Below, one piece after another: positions 18,795 through 28,059 of a DNA stretch of 64,000 nt. Below the pieces are notes generated by a model, which was given only the letters and a program-made list of their open reading frames with translations, did not search any database and was not told the DNA's origin. Made by a program: the position numbers and the translations under genes. How positions within the stretch are numbered: the first letter of the stretch is position 1; every line of letters starts with the position of its first letter. The stretch is from Candidatus Amesbacteria bacterium RIFCSPLOWO2_01_FULL_48_25 (lineage in GTDB: Bacteria; Patescibacteriota; Microgenomatia; CAZETR01; Amesbacteraceae): positions 67,687-131,686 of the forward strand of contig MEXN01000005.1 of NCBI GenBank assembly GCA_001773695.1, written 5' to 3'.

Positions 18795-19456
18795 TTCAGG
18801 CGGTCATATTCGACTTGGATGGGACGGTTTTGGATAATGAGTCCCAATGGGAGGCCGCCTTTCGGGCGGGAGTGGACAGTTACCAGTCGACAGTTGTTCA
18901 GTTGGTGAGACAGCCAAATGGGTGGGTACATGAGCCGGGGATAGGGTTGGAGCGAAACTGGCTCAAGATTACCGAAGGGGATGTAGAGATGGCGAGGAAG
19001 TTGGCGGCGGAGACAAAAGCGAAGTATGTATCAAGCGTAGCGGATAACGGATTGGGGTTGAGGGACGGGGTGGTAGAAGTGGTGGAGAAAGTGAAAGAAA
19101 GAGGGTGGCGGACGGCTTTGGCGACCAGCTCCTTGTGGCATGTTGTGGAGCGGGAACTGGAAGAATTATCACTGCAGCTGGCGTTTGACGTGACAGTCAC
19201 CGGGGATGAGGTGCTGCTGCCTAAGCCGGATCCGGAAATATACACACTAACGGCCCAAAAATTGGGACTGGAGCCAGTGGAATGCCTGGTGATTGAGGAC
19301 GCGGTAGCGGGGGTGCGCTCGGCCGTGGAAGCGGGGTGCCCGGTCGTGGCCCTAGCGTCTGATTACGCGCCGGGTAAATTGTTGACTGCCGCGGCTGGTG
19401 AAGGAAAGATTTGGGTAGTGGAAAGTATGGAAGAAGTATTAAGCCTTGAGTTTTGA
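18791..19456 (+). CDS. HAD family phosphatase
   Basis: IFDLDGT, ATSS, KPDP, IEDA..G. Confidence 0.93.
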   Translation: MIQAVIFDLDGTVLDNESQWEAAFRAGVDSYQSTVVQLVRQPNGWVHEPGIGLERNWLKITEGDVEMARKLAAETKAKYVSSVADNGLGLRDGVVEVVEKVKERGWRTALATSSLWHVVERELEELSLQLAFDVTVTGDEVLLPKPDPEIYTLTAQKLGLEPVECLVIEDAVAGVRSAVEAGCPVVALASDYAPGKLLTAAAGEGKIWVVESMEEVLSLEF

Positions 19457-19864
19457 AATGGTGACAATTTCTAGTTTTTGAGAAAAATGTTCTAAACGCG
19501 AGTCGTTGGTAAGGAATGACGTACAAGCGTGTTCTTGGGCAAGGCTGAGTTGATAGCAGTCGGGGAGGGGGAAACCGTATTTTGCTTTGATGTGGGCGGC
19601 GTCGATCGCTGTTTGCATGTTGGGCTCGACCACTTTGAGGCTAGTGAGATTAGTAAATAAATTTAAGTATTTTTCGATTAAAGATTTGTTTTCCTGTTTC
19701 ATGGGATTTACCAGAACTTCTGTAACTGTAATGATTGAGGTAATAGACTGAAGCTGGTTTTGGAATATTTGATTAAATATTGGAGATATTTTGGGTGAAA
19801 AATCTGGATGGTTTTCGATCAAATAGATGAGCGCGTTCGTGTCTAGAAATATTTTGGGCGTCAT
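19439..19864 (-). CDS. PIN-domain (VapC) toxin
   Basis: IFLDTNALIY, TE, LPD, FLTND. Confidence 0.9.
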   Translation of the reverse strand: MTPKIFLDTNALIYLIENHPDFSPKISPIFNQIFQNQLQSITSIITVTEVLVNPMKQENKSLIEKYLNLFTNLTSLKVVEPNMQTAIDAAHIKAKYGFPLPDCYQLSLAQEHACTSFLTNDSRLEHFSQKLEIVTISKLKA

Positions 19865-20100
19865 GATTTTGACCATTCGTTTCTGAGGCTTTTGATGTAT
19901 TCATCTGAATTGCCGTATACACCAGTGCCTGAACCACGTAGATATGACATCCAGTCTTTGGGGGCGAGTTTGAGGCGGACTGCGTCTGGAGAGATTTCCC
20001 ACAGTAAATCGTCGCCCGGTTTGGCTCCGAGGGCTTTGCGGACTGGAGAGGGAATAAGGCGGTTGACTTTGGATTTTGTGTATTGCGGTAGGGTGTACAT
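19861..20100 (-). CDS. AbrB/MazE-like antitoxin
   Basis: IPSPVRKALGAKPGD.L motif; ATGA-type overlap with the PIN gene. Confidence 0.8.
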   Translation of the reverse strand: MYTLPQYTKSKVNRLIPSPVRKALGAKPGDDLLWEISPDAVRLKLAPKDWMSYLRGSGTGVYGNSDEYIKSLRNEWSKS

Positions 20101-20250
20101 GCTATCATAATAAACTCTTGATAGCATATTTGTCAAATGGTAGCATAGGGCAAAAGCTTTTATGGCCATGCGGTTTATCTTATTGGTGCATAGTGGAGGA
20201 TATAAATAAATGCATTGACATACTAAACATACTATGATATGTTTCATACT

Positions 20251-20529
20251 ATGCAGACAGTTACGACTAATTTAAGGATAGACGAGGAAGTTTACCGCCG
20301 AAATAGACTTATTGCGGTTGAGGAGGGGATGAGCTTTAACGAATATGTTAACCAGATATTGAGAGAAGAGCCGACCAGGAGGTATTTGGCATCCGCGAAA
20401 AAGACCAAAAAGTCGAAGACGGGAGAGGATTTTTATGAAGCTTTTGAAAAATTTATAGATGATCCGTACGAGCGAAAGCCGATGGGGTTATCCGAGGAGG
20501 ATAAGATCATTTACGGAGATAATGAATAA
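20251..20529 (+). CDS. Ribbon-helix-helix-type antitoxin
   Basis: TTNLRIDEEVY...A...GMSFNEYV; upstream of a PIN gene. Confidence 0.75.
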   Translation: MQTVTTNLRIDEEVYRRNRLIAVEEGMSFNEYVNQILREEPTRRYLASAKKTKKSKTGEDFYEAFEKFIDDPYERKPMGLSEEDKIIYGDNE

Positions 20530-20929
20530 AATCTTTTTGGATACGGGGTGGTTTAAGGCCGAGTTGGACGAGCGGGATGGTCATCACCTCCGGGCAAAAA
20601 ATATTTTCAGAAGAATTAAAAAAGAGAGGCTAGTGATGGTCACGACCAACTTTGTCCTCGATGAATCTTTTACTTTAATTAAAGATAAATGTGGTGTATT
20701 TAGGGCAAAAAGATTATTTGGGTTTTTGACCAAGTTTCCGGAAAAATTCGGAATCGAAAGGGTGACTTTGGAAGATGAAAGGAGAGTGTGGGATTGGTTT
20801 TGGCATGACTGGCGGGAGTTATCGTACACCGATTGTACCAGTTTTGCTGTTATGGAAAGGTTGGGCATAGAAAAGGTGGCGACTTTTGATGAGCATTTTG
20901 AAACGGCTGGATTTGAAGTGGTGAAGTGA
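20522..20929 (+). CDS. PIN-domain (VapC) toxin
   Basis: IFLDT, VLDE, LSYTDCTSF, ATFDEHF. Confidence 0.92.
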   Translation: MNKIFLDTGWFKAELDERDGHHLRAKNIFRRIKKERLVMVTTNFVLDESFTLIKDKCGVFRAKRLFGFLTKFPEKFGIERVTLEDERRVWDWFWHDWRELSYTDCTSFAVMERLGIEKVATFDEHFETAGFEVVK

Positions 20930-20995
20930 TTGGGGATGTGGTGGAGGGGATGGAGGAAGTGAAAGGGTTGATGGAAGTGGTATAATTTAGTTTGT

Positions 20996-21232
20996 ATGAC
21001 AAAGACGGGTGAGATTGCGAAGGTCGCTAAAGCCATTGCTAGCAGGATGGCTGAAAAACGTGATTCTAGGCTCTTCAGTGAGGAGCCGACTACGGGGGCT
21101 GATCCTAGGGAGGCTGGGTGGATTGAGACTGGGGAGACGGATGGTAAGGGAAGGAAAATACTTGTCAATAAGGATTTACCAGGGAGCAAGATGTATGAAG
21201 CGGGTGACAACTTTGAAGTGGTTGACGATTAA
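20996..21232 (+). CDS. Hypothetical protein
   Basis: TATAAT before the ATG. Confidence 0.5.
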   Translation: MTKTGEIAKVAKAIASRMAEKRDSRLFSEEPTTGADPREAGWIETGETDGKGRKILVNKDLPGSKMYEAGDNFEVVDD

Positions 21233-21288
21233 CTTGGGCGGTGAGATCTAGTGTGGGGATATTGGAAGAAATTTGGTAAGATTGGGGT

Positions 21289-22044
21289 ATGCCACCGGCG
21301 GCGCCAGCGAGTCCCGATATTGGTGCGAGGACAAGGTCTTTGGCTGAATTGACTAGACCACAAAAACCTGAGAATCTTGTCCAGGGTTTGTTTGGGAAGG
21401 GTGCAGTTGTTGGGGAGGACTTGGCTCAACGAGCTGAGATGGCGAGGTTAAGACAGGATGCGGCGGCGCTTGCGAGTGCAGAGCAGAAAATGATTACTGG
21501 TCAAGGGGGGTTGACGCCGAGAGAGAGCGAAGTGTTGACCGATTTCAAGTTGCGTAGTTTAGGGGTGGGGGAGAAAAAGGGAAACTCTGAAAAAAAAGCC
21601 ATGTCATTGGCTGTAGAGAAAGCAGAAACTAGAGAAAAATGGGATTTGGGGGTAGGGGCCATGAAGGTTGATACGTTAACTGGATCTCCTGAGTTGATAG
21701 TCGATCAGCGCGATGAAACGGTAGATGGCAAAACGACGATGGTGCCTCGGGTGGTAATGCTCCCTGTAGGCTCGACTCACAAATCTTTGGAAAGGCTTTG
21801 GGTTGATGATGGAAAGGGAGGAAGAAGGTATTTTAAGGCGGTTTCTGGACGGGAGGCTCAGGAAGCGGAGAGGAGAGTGGGAGAGATGATAGAAAAACTC
21901 AACAAAGACTCTCTGATTCCTGTGTATAAGGCTTCGAAAAGGATTTATTACCACGAGCTTACTGAAAAAGAGGTGCGGGTTGAGGACACAAGCAGATTTG
22001 TGGATGCTGGGAAGTATAGAAATCCTGTAGACAATAAAAAATAA
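21289..22044 (+). CDS. Hypothetical protein
   Basis: 251-aa ORF; TAAGAT before the ATG. Confidence 0.7.
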   Translation: MPPAAPASPDIGARTRSLAELTRPQKPENLVQGLFGKGAVVGEDLAQRAEMARLRQDAAALASAEQKMITGQGGLTPRESEVLTDFKLRSLGVGEKKGNSEKKAMSLAVEKAETREKWDLGVGAMKVDTLTGSPELIVDQRDETVDGKTTMVPRVVMLPVGSTHKSLERLWVDDGKGGRRYFKAVSGREAQEAERRVGEMIEKLNKDSLIPVYKASKRIYYHELTEKEVRVEDTSRFVDAGKYRNPVDNKK

Positions 22045-22062
22045 GTGTGGTTTAATGGGGTG

Positions 22063-22389
22063 ATGTTTGATGGGGTGTTGGATAAAGCGGGGTTTGTGGC
22101 TAGATTGAAGGAGTTGGGGTATTCGGACGAGGAGATTTCTTCTGAGTGGAAGAAGCTGGAAGACGAATTTTATCGGCAGGTATTAGTGGCTGTCTACGAT
22201 GGCCTTTCGGGTGAAGAAAAAGGCCGGTTGTCTCCGGATGGGGACTTTGGTGAGGCTATAGATAAGGTAGTGGCTTATGTTAAGGAGAACTTGTCCAAGC
22301 TGGACGGCAACGGGATTATTAAATCTGCTGCAATGCGGGCCCAGGAAAATTATTTGAAGGGATTTAAGGTTGAGGAGGGGATTTCGTGA
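22063..22389 (+). CDS. Small acidic helical protein (paralog of 23332-23679)
   Basis: Alignable with the 23332 ORF over its length. Confidence 0.7.
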   Translation: MFDGVLDKAGFVARLKELGYSDEEISSEWKKLEDEFYRQVLVAVYDGLSGEEKGRLSPDGDFGEAIDKVVAYVKENLSKLDGNGIIKSAAMRAQENYLKGFKVEEGIS

Positions 22390-23339
22390 CGACTTTGACG
22401 AGTGGAGAAACAACTGTGGGGGCGCAGAATTTGGGAAGGGAATCTCTTGTGAGTTGGAAGGGGAGTGTTGGGGGAGCGTTTGAACTGATAAAAAATGGTG
22501 GACTTATTGTTCTGGGTGCGAGAATGGGAGTTGAGTTGGCAGGGCAATTGCCTCCCGAGGCCTGGAATTTACTTAGTACGTATGCTCAGCATTTTACAGG
22601 CGCCGGGAGAGAATCGGCGGAGGTGATGGTAGCGGGTGGAGTGGTGGTAGGATCGGCTCTGGCGGTTCCGGCAGTGGAGTGGGCGGTTGAATCGTTGGCT
22701 GGGCTCAGGAGACGGAAAGAGAAAAAATTTGAGCTGGATGTAAGAGGGGGAGTGAGCGAGAAGAGCAGGGGTGTTTATCATATGGCCATGGCTGAGTTAC
22801 CGAAGAATTTGTCTGCGGAGGAGATCCAAAAGGCCGTTCCAAGGACGATAGTTGAGTATTTGGCGGCTCGGGGAGTTGAGGGGGGTTTGTCTGGGGATAA
22901 ATTGGATAAAGGGGTTGAGGCGGTTGCTCAGGCGATGAGAGTCATTGAAGGAGATCCAGCTTTGAAAAAAGAGCTTAATGCGAAATATTCGATGCCGGGC
23001 AGGGAACCAAACCCGGTAGGTCAGGATTTGACAGAAAGGGAGAAGGTTTACTTGGGGGGGAGAATGTTTCAGCAGGCGGCATTGGAGAACCATGTGGATG
23101 GTGAGAGAGTGTCGGATAACTTGAAATTGTTGGGTTTGGACGGAAACAGGACAACGTATTTGGATGCAGTGGTTGGTGCGGTGGTGGGGAGTGAGCCAGT
23201 AATGAAATCGAGCCCAGTTGTTAAAAGGTTGGCAGAGTTGATAAGGGGGGGCGAGGATGGGGGAAAGGTATACGACGAGGCAGTAAATGGAATTAGAGGT
23301 TTGATGGGGGGTGTTGGAGGTCGGGGGAGAAATGGATAG
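22386..23339 (+). CDS. Hypothetical protein with Gly/Val-rich hydrophobic segments
   Basis: GTGA overlap with the upstream gene; VMVAGGVVVGSALAVPAV segment. Confidence 0.7.
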   Translation: MTTLTSGETTVGAQNLGRESLVSWKGSVGGAFELIKNGGLIVLGARMGVELAGQLPPEAWNLLSTYAQHFTGAGRESAEVMVAGGVVVGSALAVPAVEWAVESLAGLRRRKEKKFELDVRGGVSEKSRGVYHMAMAELPKNLSAEEIQKAVPRTIVEYLAARGVEGGLSGDKLDKGVEAVAQAMRVIEGDPALKKELNAKYSMPGREPNPVGQDLTEREKVYLGGRMFQQAALENHVDGERVSDNLKLLGLDGNRTTYLDAVVGAVVGSEPVMKSSPVVKRLAELIRGGEDGGKVYDEAVNGIRGLMGGVGGRGRNG

Positions 23340-23679
23340 CGCGAATTTGTATGATAGGATTTTGGGGAAGGAGGAGTTTGTAAGGCAACTAAAAGAGAAA
23401 GGTGTTTCGGATGAGATTATTACTGCGGAGTGGGAGAAAATCTATAAGTTGTTTTGTTTATCGTATGTCATGCAAGTTTATGACAGACTACCGATGAGCT
23501 TGCAGAAAGAGGCGGAGATGGGTCTGGACATAACTAAGGCCGAAGGCGCGACTGAGTTTCTACAAAGAGTTTCCAAGCATACGAAAGAGTTTGGTGGTAA
23601 AATGGACGTGGCAGATTTAGTTAAGGAGGCTGCCAACGAGGCATACAAGATGTATGTTGAACTAGAGGAGAAAAAATGA
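23332..23679 (+). CDS. Small acidic helical protein (paralog of 22063-22389)
   Basis: YDRILGKEEFVRQLKEKGVSDEII.AEWEK vs FDGVLDKAGFVARLKELGYSDEEI.SEWKK. Confidence 0.7.
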   Translation: MDSANLYDRILGKEEFVRQLKEKGVSDEIITAEWEKIYKLFCLSYVMQVYDRLPMSLQKEAEMGLDITKAEGATEFLQRVSKHTKEFGGKMDVADLVKEAANEAYKMYVELEEKK

Positions 23680-23924
23680 ATATTGATGCTAGTATGGCTG
23701 AAAAAACAGGTCATTCGCCGGAGAATCCTTTGGCTAAAGGAAAGAGAATATTTTTGGGGGCGCTGGCTCTGGCTAACACCGCAGTGGCTGGAGTAGGGAT
23801 TGGAGTGCTGGCAATGGGTGAGTTGGGTCATTCTGCGGCCCTAGCGGGGGCTGAAGGATTGGTGGGCGGTGTGTTATTCGCTGCAGTTGTGAACAAAGTG
23901 GTTAATAAGGCATTCGGGTATTGA
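23676..23924 (+). CDS. Small 2-TM Gly/Ala-rich protein
   Basis: ATGA overlap; two GxxxG-rich hydrophobic helices. Confidence 0.65.
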   Translation: MNIDASMAEKTGHSPENPLAKGKRIFLGALALANTAVAGVGIGVLAMGELGHSAALAGAEGLVGGVLFAAVVNKVVNKAFGY

Positions 23925-23956
23925 TCGGTGTTGGCATTTTGTGGTATAATGAATGT

Positions 23957-24162
23957 ATGTTGAAAGAGTTGGCTCAAAAGCTAACGATTATTCGAGAGGC
24001 TCGGGAGGCTGCATTAGCGGCAGCGAGAGAGGCTGATCAGCAAGAGCGGTTAGGGCCGCTTTATGGGTGATAGGGGGGGACACAAACGTTGAAATTGAAG
24101 GTTGGAAGCCGTCTCCTAAAGTCGGTTCTGAGACTCAAGACAAGGGAACTACTGGATCGTAA
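23957..24162 (+). pseudogene. Probable frameshifted small gene
   Basis: TATAAT then a 37-aa ORF (23957-24070); another frame continues ARAVRAALWVIGGD...TGS*. Confidence 0.35.
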
Positions 24163-24508
24163 GGGGAATGGAGATGAGGTCGGTGGGAGAGCCGAGAGTG
24201 AGGGAAATGGTGTCACCTGGCTGGACGGACGAGGAGAGGTCGATAATTTGGGTGAAATTGGAGTCGGAAACGGTAGTTGAATAAATCTCGCGGTTGGATG
24301 AATCGGTAATGATCAGGGGTGCGGGTGGGGATTTGATGAAGCCGGTGACGGTGAAAAGGCTTGGGATTCTTTGGCCGGAGCGGGGGGAGGTGACGATGAT
24401 GTTGGGAAGGGGAAGGCTGGGGAAGCGGGTGAAGAATTGGGGCTGGTATTTGAAGGTGAGGAAGGCGGCGATGGCCACTCCCAAGATGACCAGAAGCGCG
24501 ACTTTCAT
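24149..24508 (-). CDS. Membrane-anchored Ig-like (Gmad2-like) protein
   Basis: N-terminal TM; IIVTSP..GQ.I...FTVTG. Confidence 0.65.
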   Translation of the reverse strand: MKVALLVILGVAIAAFLTFKYQPQFFTRFPSLPLPNIIVTSPRSGQRIPSLFTVTGFIKSPPAPLIITDSSNREIYSTTVSDSNFTQIIDLSSSVQPGDTISLTLGSPTDLISIPLTIQ

Positions 24509-24522
24509 GTTAATATATTAGC

Positions 24523-25527
24523 ATGCCTAACCTGTGGCTGGTGTTTACAACTGGGCTTTTGGCTGGGGGAGTGACATGTATGGCAGTTCAGGGAGGTCTT
24601 CTCGCCACTGCAGTGGCGGCAAATCCCAATCCTCAAGCCACAAACCCCAATAAAATCTTGGGGACGATTAGTTTTTTAATCAGCAAGCTAGTTGCTTACA
24701 CGATACTGGGGTTGATACTCGGGTGGTTGGGAAGTAAGTTGCAGTTTTCGCCGCAATTTTTCGGGTGGCTGCAAGCAATTGTCGCTGTATATATGCTGGG
24801 GGTGGGACTATCTATGCTTGGTGTCCACCCAATTTTTCGATATTTCGTGATCCAGCCGCCTAGATTTTTGACGCGGATGGTAAGAAATCAGGCTAAAGCC
24901 GGAACGGTTTTTGCCCCGGCTGTACTAGGAGCCATGACGGTTTTTATCCCCTGCGGCACAACACAGGCGATGATGGCACTAGCCGTCGCCTCGGGTAATC
25001 CGGTATGGGGGGCCGCTATTTTGGGGACATTTGTATTGGGAACTAGCCCACTGTTTATGGGTTTGGGGATGGCAATGAGCAAGTTGGGGGACATGTTTCG
25101 GGAGAGATTTTTGCGATATGCAGCGTGGGTTGTCGTTGGAATGGCAGTGTGGGGTGGGAATTCGGCGGCTGTCGTATTGGGTAGTCCGGTGACGATTCAA
25201 GGAGTGCTGGCGCGGGCGGAGTGTGCCATTAGCTATTGTGAGGGACAAGTGGCGGGAATGGTGTCTGATCGGGTGACGGTGGAGATTAATAAAAGCGGAT
25301 ACAGCGTGTCTAATTCGGTGCGGGCTGGAGATGAGGTTAAAATGACATTGGTAAATACTGATGGGCGGGGATGCCAGCAAGCGGTAACTATCCCGTCTTT
25401 GGGAATATCCAAAATTGTGCGGCCGGGGCAGAGCCAGGAAATTAGCTTTAAAGCCCCTCAGAAACCTGGGGAGCTGTTGATTGCTTGCGCTATGGGAATG
25501 TATACCGGAAGCATTAAGATAATATGA
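24523..25527 (+). CDS. DsbD_2/TauE-like membrane protein with C-terminal cupredoxin-like domain
   Basis: TC.AVQGG and FIPCG TM cysteines; C-terminal GC...CAMGMY.G. Confidence 0.85.
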   Translation: MPNLWLVFTTGLLAGGVTCMAVQGGLLATAVAANPNPQATNPNKILGTISFLISKLVAYTILGLILGWLGSKLQFSPQFFGWLQAIVAVYMLGVGLSMLGVHPIFRYFVIQPPRFLTRMVRNQAKAGTVFAPAVLGAMTVFIPCGTTQAMMALAVASGNPVWGAAILGTFVLGTSPLFMGLGMAMSKLGDMFRERFLRYAAWVVVGMAVWGGNSAAVVLGSPVTIQGVLARAECAISYCEGQVAGMVSDRVTVEINKSGYSVSNSVRAGDEVKMTLVNTDGRGCQQAVTIPSLGISKIVRPGQSQEISFKAPQKPGELLIACAMGMYTGSIKII

Positions 25528-25727
25528 CAAAAAAAATCTATAAATTGTCGGGGATGCATTGCACTAGTTGCGCTATGGTGATCGAGGGAGAACTAGAAGA
25601 TCAGCTAGGGGTGAGAGCCGCGTGCGATTGGATCAAGCAGATAGTGGAGGTAGAGGGAGAGGTGGATGACAAGAAAATTCGCCAGATAATTGAGGCGCAG
25701 GGATACAGGGTGGTGGGAGAAGGCTGA
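25524..25727 (+). CDS. Heavy-metal-associated (CopZ-like) chaperone
   Basis: GMHCTSC motif, C-terminal GY. Confidence 0.9.
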   Translation: MTKKIYKLSGMHCTSCAMVIEGELEDQLGVRAACDWIKQIVEVEGEVDDKKIRQIIEAQGYRVVGEG

Positions 25728-25728
25728 G

Positions 25729-26847
25729 ATGGATATCCCACTGGCGGAGAGATTGAGACCGACAACACTTGATGAATTTGTGGGCCAGGAGCATTTGGTG
25801 GGTAGAGATAAGCCTCTTCGCGTTGCCATTGTACAGAAACATAAATTTAGCTTTATTTTGTGGGGGCCGCCGGGGTCCGGGAAAACGACACTGGCTCGGA
25901 TTTATGCGAAAGCGTTGAAGTTGGAATTGACAGAGATTTCAGCAGTGTCGGCGGGTAAAGACGAGATGCGCCAGGCTGTAAAAATGGGTGGAGTGTTGTT
26001 TGTGGATGAGATTCATCGATTTAATAAGGCTCAACAGGACTATTTATTGCCATATGTCGAGAATGGGACAATTACCTTGATTGGGGCGACGACCGAAAAT
26101 CCCAGCTTTGAGGTAATTAGTCCGTTGTTGTCTCGAGCCAGAGTTTTTGTCTTGAATGAACTGACTGACGAGGAGATGAAACTGATTATTGCCAGGACGG
26201 GAATAAAGATAGCGGTGAAAGAAATGGATTGGTTAGTGAGGATGGCCAATGGGGATGCCAGGCAGGCTATAACTATGATTGAGAATACGCAGGAACTGTA
26301 TAAAAAAATAACTTTAGAGACATTGAAGAATACTTTGCAATCCAAGCATTTGCGGTATGACAAACTGGGAGAGGAGCATTACAACACTATATCGGCATTT
26401 ATTAAATCCATGCGGGCGTCTGATGTGGATGCCGCATTGTACTATTTGGCCAGGATGGTGGATGCGGGCGAGGACCCGCTTTTTATTGCTCGGAGAATGG
26501 TGGTGTTTGCCAGCGAAGATGTGGCGGCACCCACGGCTTTGGTTGTTGCCAATGCTGTGTTTCGGGCGTGTGAGACGGTTGGATATCCTGAGTGCCAGGA
26601 GAATTTGGCGGCGGGGGTGGTGTATTTCTCTAGCGCTAAAAAAGACCGGCGGGCGTACGACGCGTATATGACTGCCCTTTCTGATGTCAAGAAATACGGC
26701 AACTTGCCGATCCCCTTAAAAATTAGAAATGCTCCGACAAAGTTGATGAAAGATTTAGGTTATGGGAAAGGATATGAAAAATATGCAAAAGAGAGTCTAT
26801 TGCCGGATGAATTGAAAGGAAAAGTGTATTTTAAGAAAAATGCCTGA
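25729..26847 (+). CDS. rarA: Replication-associated recombination protein A
   Basis: PLAERLRP, GPPGSGKTT, DEIHRFNKAQQD, ATTENPSF, SAFIKSMR.SD. Confidence 0.96.
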   Translation: MDIPLAERLRPTTLDEFVGQEHLVGRDKPLRVAIVQKHKFSFILWGPPGSGKTTLARIYAKALKLELTEISAVSAGKDEMRQAVKMGGVLFVDEIHRFNKAQQDYLLPYVENGTITLIGATTENPSFEVISPLLSRARVFVLNELTDEEMKLIIARTGIKIAVKEMDWLVRMANGDARQAITMIENTQELYKKITLETLKNTLQSKHLRYDKLGEEHYNTISAFIKSMRASDVDAALYYLARMVDAGEDPLFIARRMVVFASEDVAAPTALVVANAVFRACETVGYPECQENLAAGVVYFSSAKKDRRAYDAYMTALSDVKKYGNLPIPLKIRNAPTKLMKDLGYGKGYEKYAKESLLPDELKGKVYFKKNA

Positions 26848-26871
26848 GGAGTTAGCTGACCAATTGGGTGA

Positions 26872-27207
26872 TTACTCGTGGGATCTGGTGCAATGTTTTC
26901 TCTGGCCGTGGAATGTGACAAGACGATGAGAGCTTTGTTGATTGGCAAATACTTCAAGAACCGTGGCTGAGAGTGAGGCTAGTTCCGGGTCTTGGATATT
27001 GCGGCGCAAGGTTGCAGCCTCTTTTTGTGGATCGAGAAGAACTCTGGCTAAGGCCAAAAAGGTAATGTTGGGATAGGTTGATTTCAATTCAGCGGCGAGA
27101 TTTTCGAGGTCGGTTAAATTTTTTTTGTGAAGAGGGCAGCGGCTGGGGCAGTTTGCTGGGTAATTTGGTAGGAGGAAATTCCAGATGCAGGGGATTTCGA
27201 TAGCCAT
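26872..27207 (-). CDS. Hypothetical protein with CPxxCP motif
   Basis: PC...CPSRCPLH...C. Confidence 0.55.
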   Translation of the reverse strand: MAIEIPCIWNFLLPNYPANCPSRCPLHKKNLTDLENLAAELKSTYPNITFLALARVLLDPQKEAATLRRNIQDPELASLSATVLEVFANQQSSHRLVTFHGQRKHCTRSHE

Positions 27208-27269
27208 GGGATAGGATTATACATCAGGGTGGTTGACAGAGCTTATGAGGGGGAATTAATATAGTCTGG

Positions 27270-28058
27270 ATGCCTGCCCGGAAGAAAGTTATTAAGAAGG
27301 AGGAGGAAGAATCTAAGCCGGAGGTGAGATTGGAGACGGCGGTTGAGGGAACTCCGGCATCTTCTACTACCGATGAGTATGCGGCTACGTCAGTGACGGA
27401 ATTGGGTAAAGCTAGCGCCGGGTCAGTGCCGGAAGTGGCGCATGCGGTGACGGTGGGTGACTTGGCTCGGGTAACTGAGCCGGAAGCGGTTACGTCAGCG
27501 CCAGCGGTGACAACGGCGACTCCATCAACTACCCAAATGCCGGTGGTTATGCCTGAGGTGGAGATGGCTAGTGCCAAGGGTGGGGGGTGGAACTGGCTGG
27601 GGGTGGTAGTAGCGTTTTTGGGTGGGGCAGCTATTGGAGGATTGGGCGGATACGCGGCGTGGGGGTCGGGACTATTGGCCAAACTTATTAAAGCTCCAGC
27701 AGCGGTAGTGATGACAAAAGGGGGCACAGAGACGGCCCCAACTGCCGCTCCAAGTCCCACTATGGCAACGGTCGCGAGGGAGGATTTGAAAGTTCAGGTA
27801 TTGAACGGGAGTGGTGTACGAGGAGCAGCGGGGGTAGCTGGGGGTTATTTGGAGAGTTTGGGATATAGCATTGCTGATGTGGGCAACGCTCCGGACAGTG
27901 ACTTCGAGGAGACGGTGGTCCGGATTAAGTCCGACAAGAAGACGTATTGGGAAATGTTGAAAGCGGACTTAGGGGGAAAGTACACAGTTGTGGCCCAGGT
28001 GGAGAGCCTTGAAGAGGGCTCACTATATGATGTTGTCGTTATAGTGGGGAAGAAGTGA
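27270..28058 (+). CDS. Membrane protein with LytR C-terminal domain
   Basis: TM followed by VQVLNGSG..GAA...GY....GNA...DVVVIVG. Confidence 0.85.
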   Translation: MPARKKVIKKEEEESKPEVRLETAVEGTPASSTTDEYAATSVTELGKASAGSVPEVAHAVTVGDLARVTEPEAVTSAPAVTTATPSTTQMPVVMPEVEMASAKGGGWNWLGVVVAFLGGAAIGGLGGYAAWGSGLLAKLIKAPAAVVMTKGGTETAPTAAPSPTMATVAREDLKVQVLNGSGVRGAAGVAGGYLESLGYSIADVGNAPDSDFEETVVRIKSDKKTYWEMLKADLGGKYTVVAQVESLEEGSLYDVVVIVGKK

Positions 28059-28059
28059 G

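Noticed and set aside
18084-18800. Possible target duplication around the first AbrB-PIN cassette (GGAGAATTGAATAAGG vs GGAGCAATATGATTCAGG)
   Set aside because: Similarity requires gaps and mismatches and is not distinguishable from chance.
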